NCBI GenBank assembly: GCA_038885755.1
Contig: JAVZZH010000002.1
Span: 96,001 to 160,000 of the forward strand
Reading direction: 5' to 3'
DNA length: 64,000 nucleotides
DNA from: Candidatus Caldarchaeum sp.
GTDB lineage: Archaea; Thermoproteota; Nitrososphaeria_A; Caldarchaeales; Caldarchaeaceae
Shown: positions 28,421-37,748 of the stretch, piece by piece
Layout of the letters: each line of letters opens with the position of its first letter
Position numbering within the stretch: the stretch's first letter is position 1
Notes under the pieces: model-generated
Told to the model about the DNA's origin: nothing
Seen by the model: only the letters and a program-made list of their open reading frames with translations
Database searches by the model: none
Program-made: the position numbers and the translations under genes

Positions 28421-29551
28421 ATGGCAGTCCGCTTAAAAAAGACCCTCTTCAAACTACTCAAGGAAGATTACGAGTTCCGCTACGCGTTAGCAGGCTTCCT
28501 CGGAATGGATGAGGTGCTGAAACGGCTTGACCGACATGAAGCCGAGCTAGTAAAGCTGAGAGAAGACATGATAGCGGGGTTCAGAAGACACGATGAGGAG
28601 CTGGCGGCACTAAGAGCAGAAACCAACAAGCTTAGAGAAGACATGATAGCATGGTTCAGAAGACACGACGAAGAGCTTGCAGCGCTCAGAGCTGAAACTA
28701 ACAAGCTTAGAGAAGACATGATGATGGGGTTCAGGAGGCATGATGAAGAGCTGACTGCGCTAAGAGCAGAAACTAACAAACTTAGAGAGGATATGATGAT
28801 GGGGTTCAAAAGACACGACGAGGAGCTGGCTGCGCTAAGAGCTGAAACCAACAAGCTGCGAGAGGACATGATAGCGGGGTTCAGAAGACATGATGAGGAG
28901 CTGGCGGCACTCAGAGCAGAAACTAATAAGCTGAGAGAGGACATGATGATGGGGTTCAAGAGACACGATGAAGAGCTTGCAGCGCTCAGAGCAGAAACTA
29001 ACAAGCTAAGAGAAGACATGATGATGGGGTTCAGGAGGCATGATGAAGAGCTGACTGCGCTGAGAGCAGAAACTAACAAGCTCAGAGAGGATATGATGAT
29101 GGGGTTCAAGAGGCATGATGAGGAGCTTGTTCGGCTCCGTATGGACATGAACAGGGGATTTGAGTTGGTGAACCGTCGCTTGGATGCGCTGGGCGCTCGG
29201 TGGGGTGTTATGGCTGAGTCGGCTTTCCGTGAGGGGTTGAAGGGTGTTTTGGAGAAGGAAATAGGGCTGTCTGTCGAAAGGTGGACTGCTTTTGACGAGG
29301 AGGGGGTTGTGTATGGTTTTCCCAGCCCTGTAGAGATAGACTTGGCTGTTAGGGATGGGAAGACGGTTTTGGTTGAGGTTAAGTCTAGTGTTAGGTTGTC
29401 GGATGTCAGCGAGTTCAGCAGGAAGGTGGAGTTTTTCAGCGCTAAGACGGGGAGGAGGCCGGACAGGAAGGTGATGGTCGCGCCTTATGTCGATGAGGAG
29501 GCGTTGAAGGCGGCTGGAAAGCTGGGCATAGAGGTTTACACGAAGGTCTGA
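28421..29551 (+). CDS. Coiled-coil repeat protein with C-terminal PD-(D/E)XK nuclease-like domain (DUF3782-like)
   Basis: ED.EFRYA.AG.LG N-terminus, 25-aa repeats, ALGARWG..AE.AFR, EID...LVEVKS. Confidence 0.85.
   Translation: MAVRLKKTLFKLLKEDYEFRYALAGFLGMDEVLKRLDRHEAELVKLREDMIAGFRRHDEELAALRAETNKLREDMIAWFRRHDEELAALRAETNKLREDMMMGFRRHDEELTALRAETNKLREDMMMGFKRHDEELAALRAETNKLREDMIAGFRRHDEELAALRAETNKLREDMMMGFKRHDEELAALRAETNKLREDMMMGFRRHDEELTALRAETNKLREDMMMGFKRHDEELVRLRMDMNRGFELVNRRLDALGARWGVMAESAFREGLKGVLEKEIGLSVERWTAFDEEGVVYGFPSPVEIDLAVRDGKTVLVEVKSSVRLSDVSEFSRKVEFFSAKTGRRPDRKVMVAPYVDEEALKAAGKLGIEVYTKV
28583..29107 (+). repeat. Intragenic 75-bp tandem repeat, 7 full units plus partial flanks
   Basis: Unit (R/K)RHDEEL(A/T)ALRAETNKLREDM(IA/MM)(G/W)F; 7 x 75 = 525 bp. 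Confidence 0.95.
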
Positions 29552-29646
29552 GCCGTTGCGTTAGTTTCTGCGGACCGTGGTTCCCGGTGTTTATAAGGAC
29601 CGAGCCGGCGAAAGAGTAAATAGCAGTAAAAAGCTGTTTTTAGAGC

Positions 29647-30699
29647 ATGAAGACGTACAGCGTCGCCATACTTGGAGCGACCGGGATGGTCGGCCAGCAT
29701 TATATCAAGCTGCTTAACAACCATCCTTGGTTTAGGGTTAGGGCTCTGACGGGGAAGGAATCGGTTGGTAAGAAGTATGTTGAGGCGGTGCGTGGTGAAG
29801 CGCCTGAGCCTCCGAAGGATATTGCCGAGATGGAGGTTCTGCCCACGGACCCTAAGCACGTCGACGCCGATGTCGTCTTCTCATGCCTTCCGACCGAGGC
29901 TGCTAGGGAGGCTGAGCCGAGTTTCGCTGAGGCTGGATTCCCAGTTTTCAGCGATGCTGCGGCGTTCAGGATGGAGGAGGATGTCCCGTTGATAGTTCCC
30001 GAGATAAACCCGGAGCATTTGCGGATGGTTGAGGTGCAGAGGAAGAACCGTGGCTGGGACGGGTATATAGTTACGACACCTAACTGCACGACTGTGGGGC
30101 TTGTTCTACCGCTTCACCCGTTGAGCCGGGAGCTTGGAGTAAAGCGAGTCATAGCTACTACGATGCAGGCTGTCTCTGGGGCAGGGTATCCGGGTGTTGC
30201 TTCCCTGTCCATTCTTGGCAACGTGATTCCATACATTTCAGGGGAGGAGAGGAAGGTTGAGACCGAGACGTGTAAGATACTTGGGAGGTTTGTCGACGGC
30301 CGGATAGTTCACGAATATGTGGATGTTCTAGCAACTTGCACACGTGTTCCTACCTTGGACGGCCATATGGAGTCTGTTGTGGTCGAGACCGAGAAGCAGA
30401 CGGATAAGGAGACGGTTGCCCGTCTTCTCTCCGAATACGTCTCGCTGCCTCAGGAGCTTGGCCTGCCTACAGCTCCACGACGGCCCATAATCGTAAGGCC
30501 TGAGGAGGACAGGCCTCAGACGAGGATAGATGTTGACGCTGGGTCTGTTCCCGGTATGAGCGTGACTGTTGGCAGGCTTAGGGTTGTCGGAAACAAGGTT
30601 CGGCTTGTCTCTCTCAGCCATAACTTGATACGTGGTGCGGCTGGTGGCACGATTCTCACGGCTGAGCTTGCGAAGCATTTTGGCCTGCTGGATGGTTGA
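29647..30699 (+). CDS. asd: Aspartate-semialdehyde dehydrogenase
   Basis: ILGATGMVGQ, PLIVPEIN, PNCTT, QAVSGAG, EERKV..E, CTRVP..DGH, HNLIRGAAG. Confidence 0.96.
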   Translation: MKTYSVAILGATGMVGQHYIKLLNNHPWFRVRALTGKESVGKKYVEAVRGEAPEPPKDIAEMEVLPTDPKHVDADVVFSCLPTEAAREAEPSFAEAGFPVFSDAAAFRMEEDVPLIVPEINPEHLRMVEVQRKNRGWDGYIVTTPNCTTVGLVLPLHPLSRELGVKRVIATTMQAVSGAGYPGVASLSILGNVIPYISGEERKVETETCKILGRFVDGRIVHEYVDVLATCTRVPTLDGHMESVVVETEKQTDKETVARLLSEYVSLPQELGLPTAPRRPIIVRPEEDRPQTRIDVDAGSVPGMSVTVGRLRVVGNKVRLVSLSHNLIRGAAGGTILTAELAKHFGLLDG

Positions 30700-30702
30700 C
30701 TG

Positions 30703-31494
30703 GTGATGGTCTTCGGTAAACATGTAAGGATTAGCAGGCTGTTGGAGAACGGGCGTATGCTCTGCGTCCCCATGGACCACGGCACTTCCATAGGCCCTGT
30801 TCAAGGCCTCGAGCAGATCGAGAACACTATGTATCTTTTGGAGGAGGCGGGGGTGACGGCTCTGCTCGCCCACAAAGGAGTCTTCCGGTCTTTGAAGAGA
30901 CCGTTGAAGGTGGGGTCTATAATGCACATGTCGGCTAGCACGCAGCTCAGCAGCCGGTACAACAGGAAGGTCGGTGTGGCCTCTGTTGAGGAAGCCATAC
31001 GTCTCGGTGTTGACGCTGTCTCTGTCCACATTAATATCGGCGGTTCTGACGACGATGTTATGCTACAGCATCTGGGGGAGGCGGCTGATGCTTGCGACGA
31101 GTGGCAGGTTCCGCTTATAGCCATGATGTATCCTCGCGGTGAGAACATCAAGGACGCCAGCGACCCTTTCACCGTGAGCCACGTGGCTAGGGTTGGGGCG
31201 GAGCTTGGAGCGGACATAGTTAAGACTCCTCTGCCATCCTCGAACCCGAGGGATGTTGAGCGTGTGGTAAGGAGTTGCCCTGTTCCAGTTGTCGCAGCAG
31301 GCGGGCCTAAGATGGAGAGGGATGAGGATGTTCTGCGGCTTGCTTATGCTGCTGTGAAGGGCGGCTGCCTCGGCATAACGTTTGGCAGGAATGTCTTCCA
31401 GCACAGCTCTCCCGCGACCATGGTTAGGGCGCTTAGACGTGTGGTTATAGACGGTCTCACGGTTGAAGAAGCTCTGGCGGTTTTAAAGACATGA
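30703..31494 (+). CDS. 2-amino-3,7-dideoxy-D-threo-hept-6-ulosonate (ADH) synthase, class I aldolase (AroA')
   Basis: PMDHG, HKG, AMMYPRG, ARVGAELGADIVKT, AGGPK, GRNVFQH; lies between asd and DHQ synthase II. Confidence 0.9.
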   Translation: MMVFGKHVRISRLLENGRMLCVPMDHGTSIGPVQGLEQIENTMYLLEEAGVTALLAHKGVFRSLKRPLKVGSIMHMSASTQLSSRYNRKVGVASVEEAIRLGVDAVSVHINIGGSDDDVMLQHLGEAADACDEWQVPLIAMMYPRGENIKDASDPFTVSHVARVGAELGADIVKTPLPSSNPRDVERVVRSCPVPVVAAGGPKMERDEDVLRLAYAAVKGGCLGITFGRNVFQHSSPATMVRALRRVVIDGLTVEEALAVLKT

Positions 31495-32501
31495 AGAAAG
31501 CCGTTGTGAACGTCTCGGGAGACGAGGAGCTTTTCAGGAAAGCGGTTAAGATGGGGTTCGACTCGTTTGTGCTGGACAAGCCCGTCGACACACCGCCGTC
31601 CATAACGGTTTACGTGCCAGACCCCGAGGGGTACAGTAGGCTTGGACAGAATCCAGCGAAGGTTCCTCGGGTGTTCATCAAATCTCCTCAGGATCTTGAG
31701 AAGGTTGTGCAGCTTGCCAGAAGCGGAGCTGACGAGGTGGTCATAGCCACCTCTGACTGGAAGATAATACCGGTTGAGAACCTCATAGCTATGATGTCTG
31801 GCCTGAGGTGCAGTATCTTGGCCGAGGTGGGCGGGGTTTCGGAGGCCGAGCTCTTTATCAACATTCTCGAAAGAGGCGTTGACGGGGTCGTCGTGAGGCC
31901 CGGCACGGAGAACGAGGTTAAGATGCTGCGCGACCTGGTAAGGAAACCAAGCAGCCTCGACCTGACGACCGCTGTGGTTGAGGAGGTTAGGGATGTCGGG
32001 GTCGGGGACAGGGCTTGTGTAGACACCGTGAGCATGCTTGAGCTGGGGGAGGGGATGATGGTCGGCAGCAGAGCCTACATGTTCTTCCTCATACACAACG
32101 AGTCCGTGGGCTCGAGCTTCACGTCGCCGAGACCTTTCAGAGTCAACGCCGGAGCGGTCCACAGCTATGTTCTGATGCCGGATGGATCGACACGGTACTT
32201 GTCCGAGCTCGAGGCGGGGGACAGAGTTCTCATCGTGGCTAGGGACGGCAGGACACGGATAACTTCGGTCGGGCGGGTCAAGATAGAGAGGAGGCCGTTG
32301 AGGCTTGTCAAGGCCTCTGCAGACGATGTTGTCGGCGTGGTCACTGTTCAGAACGCTGAGACGATAAGGTTTGTTTCGGAGGATGGACGGATTATTCCTG
32401 TGACGGAGCTGAAGAAGGGCGACAAGGTTCTGTGCCACGTTTCCAAGGTTAAGGGCAGGCATTTCGGCATGGCTGTCGAAGAGACAGTTGTCGAGAAATG
32501 A
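31491..32501 (+). CDS. 3-dehydroquinate synthase II (AroB')
   Basis: [68 protein letters not shown]. Confidence 0.95.
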   Translation: MKKAVVNVSGDEELFRKAVKMGFDSFVLDKPVDTPPSITVYVPDPEGYSRLGQNPAKVPRVFIKSPQDLEKVVQLARSGADEVVIATSDWKIIPVENLIAMMSGLRCSILAEVGGVSEAELFINILERGVDGVVVRPGTENEVKMLRDLVRKPSSLDLTTAVVEEVRDVGVGDRACVDTVSMLELGEGMMVGSRAYMFFLIHNESVGSSFTSPRPFRVNAGAVHSYVLMPDGSTRYLSELEAGDRVLIVARDGRTRITSVGRVKIERRPLRLVKASADDVVGVVTVQNAETIRFVSEDGRIIPVTELKKGDKVLCHVSKVKGRHFGMAVEETVVEK

Positions 32502-33184
32502 GGAGAACGCTGGTCTGCGTCTCTGTCTACGGAAGCGATGAGGACGAGCTGGGTAGAAGGGTTTCGTATGCGTTGACTAAGGGTGGAGACTTGGTTGAGA
32601 CTAGGCTTGACCTTACAAGCGTGTCAAGCTGGGACAGGGTTTACACGGTCCTGAAGCCGTTCTCCGAAAAGCTCGTCCTCACTCTCAGGCCCGTCGACGA
32701 AGGCGGGAAGTCGACGCTCACTGATTCAGAGAGGCTATCGGTTCTCGCTCAGCTGTGCCGGATGCGGCCCGCTTACGTGGACGTCGAGCTTAAGACCGCT
32801 AGGAACAACGACCTAGAGGCGTTGAAGCAAGGCAGCAGGCTCATCGTGTCGTGGCACGGTGGCTCAACGCCCGAGACGGAGAAGCTGGTGGAGACCGCCC
32901 GAGAATGTCTGAGGTACGGCGACGTGGCGAAAATCGTGACCTTTTCAAGCGGTGTCGAAGATAACTTCAGAACAATCATGCTCTACACTCATGTACCTTC
33001 CGAGAAGCTGGTGGCCTTCTGCATGGGTGAGAAGGGATGGATTACGAGAATCGTCTCGATGGCTGCAGGAGCTCCGATAGCCTATGCATCGCTGGACGAG
33101 ATGGCTACGGCGCCGGGCCAGCTCTCGCTGACCGAGATGGTCAAGGTTAGGGACAGGGTTTGGAGAGGTGGCGGAGTGTTTTGA
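32498..33184 (+). CDS. aroD: Type I 3-dehydroquinate dehydratase
   Basis: VETRLD, LTLR...EGG, YVDVE, IVSWH, AKIV, FCMGEKG..TR, TAPGQ. Confidence 0.92.
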   Translation: MRRTLVCVSVYGSDEDELGRRVSYALTKGGDLVETRLDLTSVSSWDRVYTVLKPFSEKLVLTLRPVDEGGKSTLTDSERLSVLAQLCRMRPAYVDVELKTARNNDLEALKQGSRLIVSWHGGSTPETEKLVETARECLRYGDVAKIVTFSSGVEDNFRTIMLYTHVPSEKLVAFCMGEKGWITRIVSMAAGAPIAYASLDEMATAPGQLSLTEMVKVRDRVWRGGGVF

Positions 33185-34023
33185 GGCCCGGGCTTTTAGG
33201 GGTTATCGGCCACCCAGTAGCTCACAGCGTTTCACCCCAGATGGTCAACACAGCTCTTAAGCGTGCAGGAGTCGACAACATCCTCTACGTACCCGTGGAG
33301 GTTAAGCCAAGAGACTTGGAAGCGTTCTGTCGTTCAGCTCCCTTGATGAACTTTATCGGCTTCAACGTGACTATACCTCACAAGGTCTCGGTAATCAAGC
33401 ATCTCAGCAGGCTGGACTCGTCGGCGAAGCAGGTTGGAGCCGTCAACGTCGTCAAGGTGGTTGGCGATAAGCTCGTAGGGTTCAACACAGACGTGCTGGG
33501 CGTTATGACGGCTATTCCGTCTGAAGCCGATGGGTCTGTGTTGGTGCTGGGAGTCGGCGGAGCCGCTAGGGCCGCGGCCGTGGCTTTGAAGAGAAAAGGG
33601 TTTGAGGACGTAGTGTTTGCAGGCAGGAGGCTGAAGACTGTTAAGGAGTTTAGAAAGTTCGCTGAGAGCAGGGGTATACGATGCAGGTTTGTGAAAATGG
33701 GCTCGGCCGCGATGGCTGAGGAGTTAAGGAGGTGCAGTATTCTCATAAACGCCACACCGGTGGGCATGTACCCCAAAGTCAACGAGACACCTGTGGAAAC
33801 CAGCCTCCTGCATAGACGCATGACTGTGTTCGACATGGTCTACAACCCGCCGCAGACACGGCTCCTGAAAGCAGCTAGGGCTAAAGGGGCTAGGACGGTC
33901 GACGGCGTGAAGATGCTGGCTGCTCAGGGCGCTGAAGCTCTCAAGATATGGTTGGGTCTGGAGGCTGACAGAGAGGTCATGGAGAGGGCGGCTTTGAGGG
34001 CTTTGAAGGGTTTCAGGGGTTGA
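33181..34023 (+). CDS. aroE: Shikimate dehydrogenase
   Basis: IGHPVAHSVSP, NVTIPHK, GAVN, NTD, GVGGAARA, NATPVGM, DMVYNP, ML..QG. Confidence 0.95.
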   Translation: MRPGLLGVIGHPVAHSVSPQMVNTALKRAGVDNILYVPVEVKPRDLEAFCRSAPLMNFIGFNVTIPHKVSVIKHLSRLDSSAKQVGAVNVVKVVGDKLVGFNTDVLGVMTAIPSEADGSVLVLGVGGAARAAAVALKRKGFEDVVFAGRRLKTVKEFRKFAESRGIRCRFVKMGSAAMAEELRRCSILINATPVGMYPKVNETPVETSLLHRRMTVFDMVYNPPQTRLLKAARAKGARTVDGVKMLAAQGAEALKIWLGLEADREVMERAALRALKGFRG

Positions 34024-34874
34024 GGGGCGTCGGAGCAGCCTACGGAGCGATCTCTATCGTTAACGCCATCTCAACAGGGTACGGTGCTGCTCTAGGCATC
34101 AAGCTCAGGACGGAGGCTGTTGTAGAGACTGTTCCAGATGAGGGGTTCAGCCTGACGATAAACGGGGAGCCCGGAGACCCTTCATTAGCCGTCGAGGTCG
34201 TAAAAACGTTCGCAAACCATTTCGGCTTGGAGGTCGGCGGGTGCCGGGTTTCAACGACCTCCGACATACCTGTGGCGGTCGGGTTGAAGAGCTCTAGCTC
34301 CGCAGCCGTTGCCATAGCATCGGCCTTCCTCAACGCTTTCAAAAAAAGCTTGGAGGCTGAGGTTTTCCTCAGCTTGGTGGCTGATGCTTCGGTTAGGTCG
34401 GGGACGTCTATAACGGGAGCCATGGACGACGCTGCTGCATGCATGTTGGGTGGGATTGTAGCAACGGACAACCCAAGGCGGAGGATTCTGATGCGTGAAA
34501 AGGTCGCCGGAGAGTTGATGACCGTCATTCATGTTCCTCCGGGCAGGATGTTCACAAAAGACTTCCCACGACTTAGGCTTGACCCCGTGAAGGAGCTGGT
34601 TGCGACGGCTTTCAGCATGGTTTTGCGGGGCGAGTACTGGAAGGCCATGACGTTGAACGGGCTGCTGCACTCGGCGGCTCTGGGTCTGCCGACGGCTCCT
34701 GCGTTGGAGGCTCTTCGGGCTGGTGCGCTGGCTGCGGGGCTTTCCGGGACAGGGCCGGCTGTTGCTGCGGTCTGTACCGAGGAGTACGTGGACTTGGTTG
34801 AGGAGTCTTTTCAAAGGTTTGAGGGTAGGGTTATCAAATGCCCTGTGAACACAGGGTCGGGGGAAGACCCATGA
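34020..34874 (+). CDS. aroK: Archaeal GHMP-type shikimate kinase
   Basis: GAISIVNA..TG.G, IPVAVGLKSSS, TGAMDDA.A..LGG...TDN, SGTGP. Confidence 0.93.
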   Translation: MRGVGAAYGAISIVNAISTGYGAALGIKLRTEAVVETVPDEGFSLTINGEPGDPSLAVEVVKTFANHFGLEVGGCRVSTTSDIPVAVGLKSSSSAAVAIASAFLNAFKKSLEAEVFLSLVADASVRSGTSITGAMDDAAACMLGGIVATDNPRRRILMREKVAGELMTVIHVPPGRMFTKDFPRLRLDPVKELVATAFSMVLRGEYWKAMTLNGLLHSAALGLPTAPALEALRAGALAAGLSGTGPAVAAVCTEEYVDLVEESFQRFEGRVIKCPVNTGSGEDP

Positions 34875-36154
34875 TTGTCTCGACGAAGTCCAGCAAGATA
34901 GAAGGAGTCGTCGAAGCCCCTCCCAGCAAAAGCTACACCCATAGAGCCGTGGCCCTCGCAAGCCTAGCGGACGGGAAAACAATTATCCGACGACCTCTCA
35001 TTTCACGGGATACTAAAGCATCAATAAACGCTTCACGAATGCTCGGAGTAAGAATAGTTGAGCAGCAGGACCTGCTGATGGTTGAGCCGGGTGGAAGGCT
35101 CCGGTGTCCGGACGACGTTATAAACGTCGAGAACAGCGGGACGACTCTGAGGATTTACACGGGCTTGTCGGCGCTGGCTGAGGATGGGTATACGGTGTTG
35201 ACGGGCGACGAAAGCATCAGGCGGAGGCCTGTCGGCCCGTTGCTAAAGTCGTTGAGAGACCTCGGCGTCGATTGTTGGAGCACGCGGGGGTCTGGCACAG
35301 CTCCCGTCGTAGTCAAGGGCGGTGGAGTCGCAGGCGGAGCCACGTCGATCAAGGGCTCGGAGTCCTCGCAGTACATCACCTCGCTGCTGCTGACGGGGCT
35401 GGCGGCTTCCAAGAGGGTGGACATAACTGTAGAGGGAGAGCTGGTGTCGAAGCCGTACGTCGAGGCGACCGTCAAAATGGTTGAGATGTTCGGCGGAAAG
35501 GTAGAGCGGGAGGGGTTTAACCGCTTCGCCGTCAACCCTCGAAAGCTTACCGGAGTTGACTTCACGGTGCCGGGCGACTTCAGCTCAGCGGCCTTCATCA
35601 TAGCCGCGGCACACCTCACAAAGGGATACGTAAAGATAACCAACCTAGACACGTCGATGCCTCAAGCCGACTCGACGATACTGCGTGTGGTGGAGGTTTT
35701 CGGCTCGAGGGTTGTGCGTGGAGACAGGTGGGTGGAGGTTTTTGGAGACGCTGGCGATGTTGACGTCGAGCTCCAGCTCACGGACAGCCCCGACCTTCTA
35801 CCCGTGGTTGCTGCGACGGCGGTGTTGAACAGGGGGACGACAAGGCTGTACGGGGTCGCGCACGCCCGTCTGAAGGAGAGCGACCGGATCTCAACGGTTG
35901 CGAGGGAGCTTAGGAAGCTGGGCGTAGAAGTTTTGGAGCAGCATGACGGGCTGGTTATAAAGGGGAGACGCGACGTCGACGGAGGGGTTGTGCTGGACAG
36001 CCACGGAGACCACCGCCTTTTCATGGCTTTCACGGTGCTGGGGCTGGCTGTCGGGAAAGGTCTGAAGGTTGTCGGAGCCGAGTCAGCCGACGTCTCCTAT
36101 CCAACCTTCCTCCAAGACCTGAGGAGAGCCGGAGCATCGATAGAGTTTGAATGA
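34871..36154 (+). CDS. aroA: EPSP synthase
   Basis: PPSKSYTHR, NSGTTLR, RRP, SSQYITSLL, PGDFSSA, PDL, RLKESDR, DHR. Confidence 0.96.
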   Translation: MIVSTKSSKIEGVVEAPPSKSYTHRAVALASLADGKTIIRRPLISRDTKASINASRMLGVRIVEQQDLLMVEPGGRLRCPDDVINVENSGTTLRIYTGLSALAEDGYTVLTGDESIRRRPVGPLLKSLRDLGVDCWSTRGSGTAPVVVKGGGVAGGATSIKGSESSQYITSLLLTGLAASKRVDITVEGELVSKPYVEATVKMVEMFGGKVEREGFNRFAVNPRKLTGVDFTVPGDFSSAAFIIAAAHLTKGYVKITNLDTSMPQADSTILRVVEVFGSRVVRGDRWVEVFGDAGDVDVELQLTDSPDLLPVVAATAVLNRGTTRLYGVAHARLKESDRISTVARELRKLGVEVLEQHDGLVIKGRRDVDGGVVLDSHGDHRLFMAFTVLGLAVGKGLKVVGAESADVSYPTFLQDLRRAGASIEFE

Positions 36155-36190
36155 CAGATTTTTAAACAACATTCAAAAAGACCACATGGA

Positions 36191-36415
36191 ATGAAGCTGA
36201 CCAGCTCGAGGAAATTCATCTTGGAGTCGTTCCTTCTGGCTCTACTCATGACCTCGCTTCCCATCGGTCTTCTTGTCTTTCTGAACAACAACAGGCTGAT
36301 AACTCCTTTTAACATGATCGCATGGCTTCTGGCGACGCTGGCGTGGACGGCTCTGGTCGTGGTCATCTACATGAAGAGAGGCTCGAAGGGAAAAGGATTC
36401 ATCGTGAGGAGCTAG
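36191..36415 (+). CDS. Small two-TM membrane protein
   Basis: 74 aa with two hydrophobic helices; TTTTAAA TATA-like element at about 36160. Confidence 0.5.
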   Translation: MKLTSSRKFILESFLLALLMTSLPIGLLVFLNNNRLITPFNMIAWLLATLAWTALVVVIYMKRGSKGKGFIVRS

Positions 36416-36440
36416 GCCGGCGAGCTGGACAAAAGTTTTT

Positions 36441-36956
36441 GTGCTGGACGGAGCAACATATGGCATGGGTCTGTCCTGCGCCCTAAGCTTCGAAGGCAGG
36501 CTTCGCAGGGATCGGATGGTCTTCATCCTCAAGCTCGAGATTCTGGTCATATTCTCGACAGCCCTCGCCCTTCTCTACCTTGCCGCGTACGACTTTCCGG
36601 TCATGATGTTCTTCACCGGCCTGACAGCCTTCGCCGTCTTCCTAGTTGTCAAGGACAGGGTTGAGAAGGCTGGACGGAGGTTGAGGAGGGCTGTCGTAAG
36701 GTCTGTAAAGCATAGAGGAAACGACTGGTTCTTTTTTCTGCCCATGACGCCCTCGATCACCTTCACAGTCAGCGGCTACGAGGTTGAAGCCGTGTCGGAG
36801 GACTTTACCGTGGTGCGGTTCTTCGACTGGAGGCCGTGGAAGACAGGCCAACGGCTCCTCGTGCTGTCCGACATCAAGGGCAAGGTTCTCGCCGTGCGGG
36901 ATTTTGCGTCGCCGGTGAGGATAGACGTTGTACGGAGACTGCTGTGCAAACTTTGA
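36441..36956 (+). CDS. Hypothetical membrane protein (2 TM plus a beta-rich domain)
   Basis: Hydrophobic segments ILVIFSTALALLYL and MMFFTGLTAFAVFLVV; start uncertain. Confidence 0.5.
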   Translation: MLDGATYGMGLSCALSFEGRLRRDRMVFILKLEILVIFSTALALLYLAAYDFPVMMFFTGLTAFAVFLVVKDRVEKAGRRLRRAVVRSVKHRGNDWFFFLPMTPSITFTVSGYEVEAVSEDFTVVRFFDWRPWKTGQRLLVLSDIKGKVLAVRDFASPVRIDVVRRLLCKL

Positions 36957-37010
36957 CTATAGAGTCTATATAGGAAAAGCCTTTACACAAGTAAACTATA
37001 GAGAAAGGAG

Positions 37011-37748
37011 ATGCCGCTGAAAAAACCCCTCGAAATAGTCCTGATAGCAGTCAACGCTTCGCTGTACGCCGGCATAGGATACCTAACCTACCTCGGCATA
37101 TTCGCGCCCGTCGTGGGAACTGTCCGGTTCTGGCCGGCGGTGGTCGTGCCGGCTGTCTTCTCCGTCGTCTACTCCCCCCGCATAGGGGCTCTCGGAGCAG
37201 GGCTCGGCATCTTCATCAGCGACATGCTCATCCACGGAGACCCCATCCTCAGCATCACCGTCGGCGTGACATCCAACACAGCGGGGTTCTACGTCTTGGG
37301 CAAGCTGGCCCAAGTCCTCGCAAGGGCGAGGCACGGCGCAGCGCTCTCAGTATCTCTCCAAGCCATACCTCTAGCAACCACGCTCATGGCCCTCTGGGCT
37401 AACATCTTCGGAGACCCTCTCACAGGCAACATCTTCCTCGGAGCAGCCGTCCTCTCCTTCGGAATAAGCGTGGTGTACAGCATATACAGGCCGGCCTACG
37501 CAGGCTTGATCGCGGCATCATCCATAGGCCTGCTGCTGGGCGCGACGATAATAGGGCTGGGCGTGTGGGCTTACAGCCAGTTTTTCTCGCTTCCAGCCGC
37601 GGCGGGCGGTGGTAGGAACCTGCCTCTTTTCACGGCGGCGATATGGTTTCTGTGGACCTACCTCACCGAGATGCCCTTCCTGATGACGCTGCTGCCTCCC
37701 CTCACGACGGCTGTCAGGAAAGCCGTTCCCGTGGCTGTAAGTGAGTAG
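37011..37748 (+). CDS. ECF transporter S-component-like membrane protein
   Basis: IAVNASLYA, VRFWPAVVVP, GALGAGLGIFISD pattern of ECF S components; coupled to pantoate kinase. Confidence 0.7.
   Translation: MPLKKPLEIVLIAVNASLYAGIGYLTYLGIFAPVVGTVRFWPAVVVPAVFSVVYSPRIGALGAGLGIFISDMLIHGDPILSITVGVTSNTAGFYVLGKLAQVLARARHGAALSVSLQAIPLATTLMALWANIFGDPLTGNIFLGAAVLSFGISVVYSIYRPAYAGLIAASSIGLLLGATIIGLGVWAYSQFFSLPAAAGGGRNLPLFTAAIWFLWTYLTEMPFLMTLLPPLTTAVRKAVPVAVSE

Noticed and set aside
28583-29107. Tandem repeats as a CRISPR array
   Set aside because: Units are contiguous, in-frame 75-mers with synonymous variation, no unique spacers and no cas genes
28480-29148. Ser/Leu-rich 222-aa minus-strand ORF
   Set aside because: Antisense shadow of the coding repeat
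31344-32462. 372-aa minus-strand ORF and similar long antisense ORFs (e.g. 30328..31029, 34251..34982, 20690..21436)
   Set aside because: They overlap well-supported genes on the opposite strand and have no motifs
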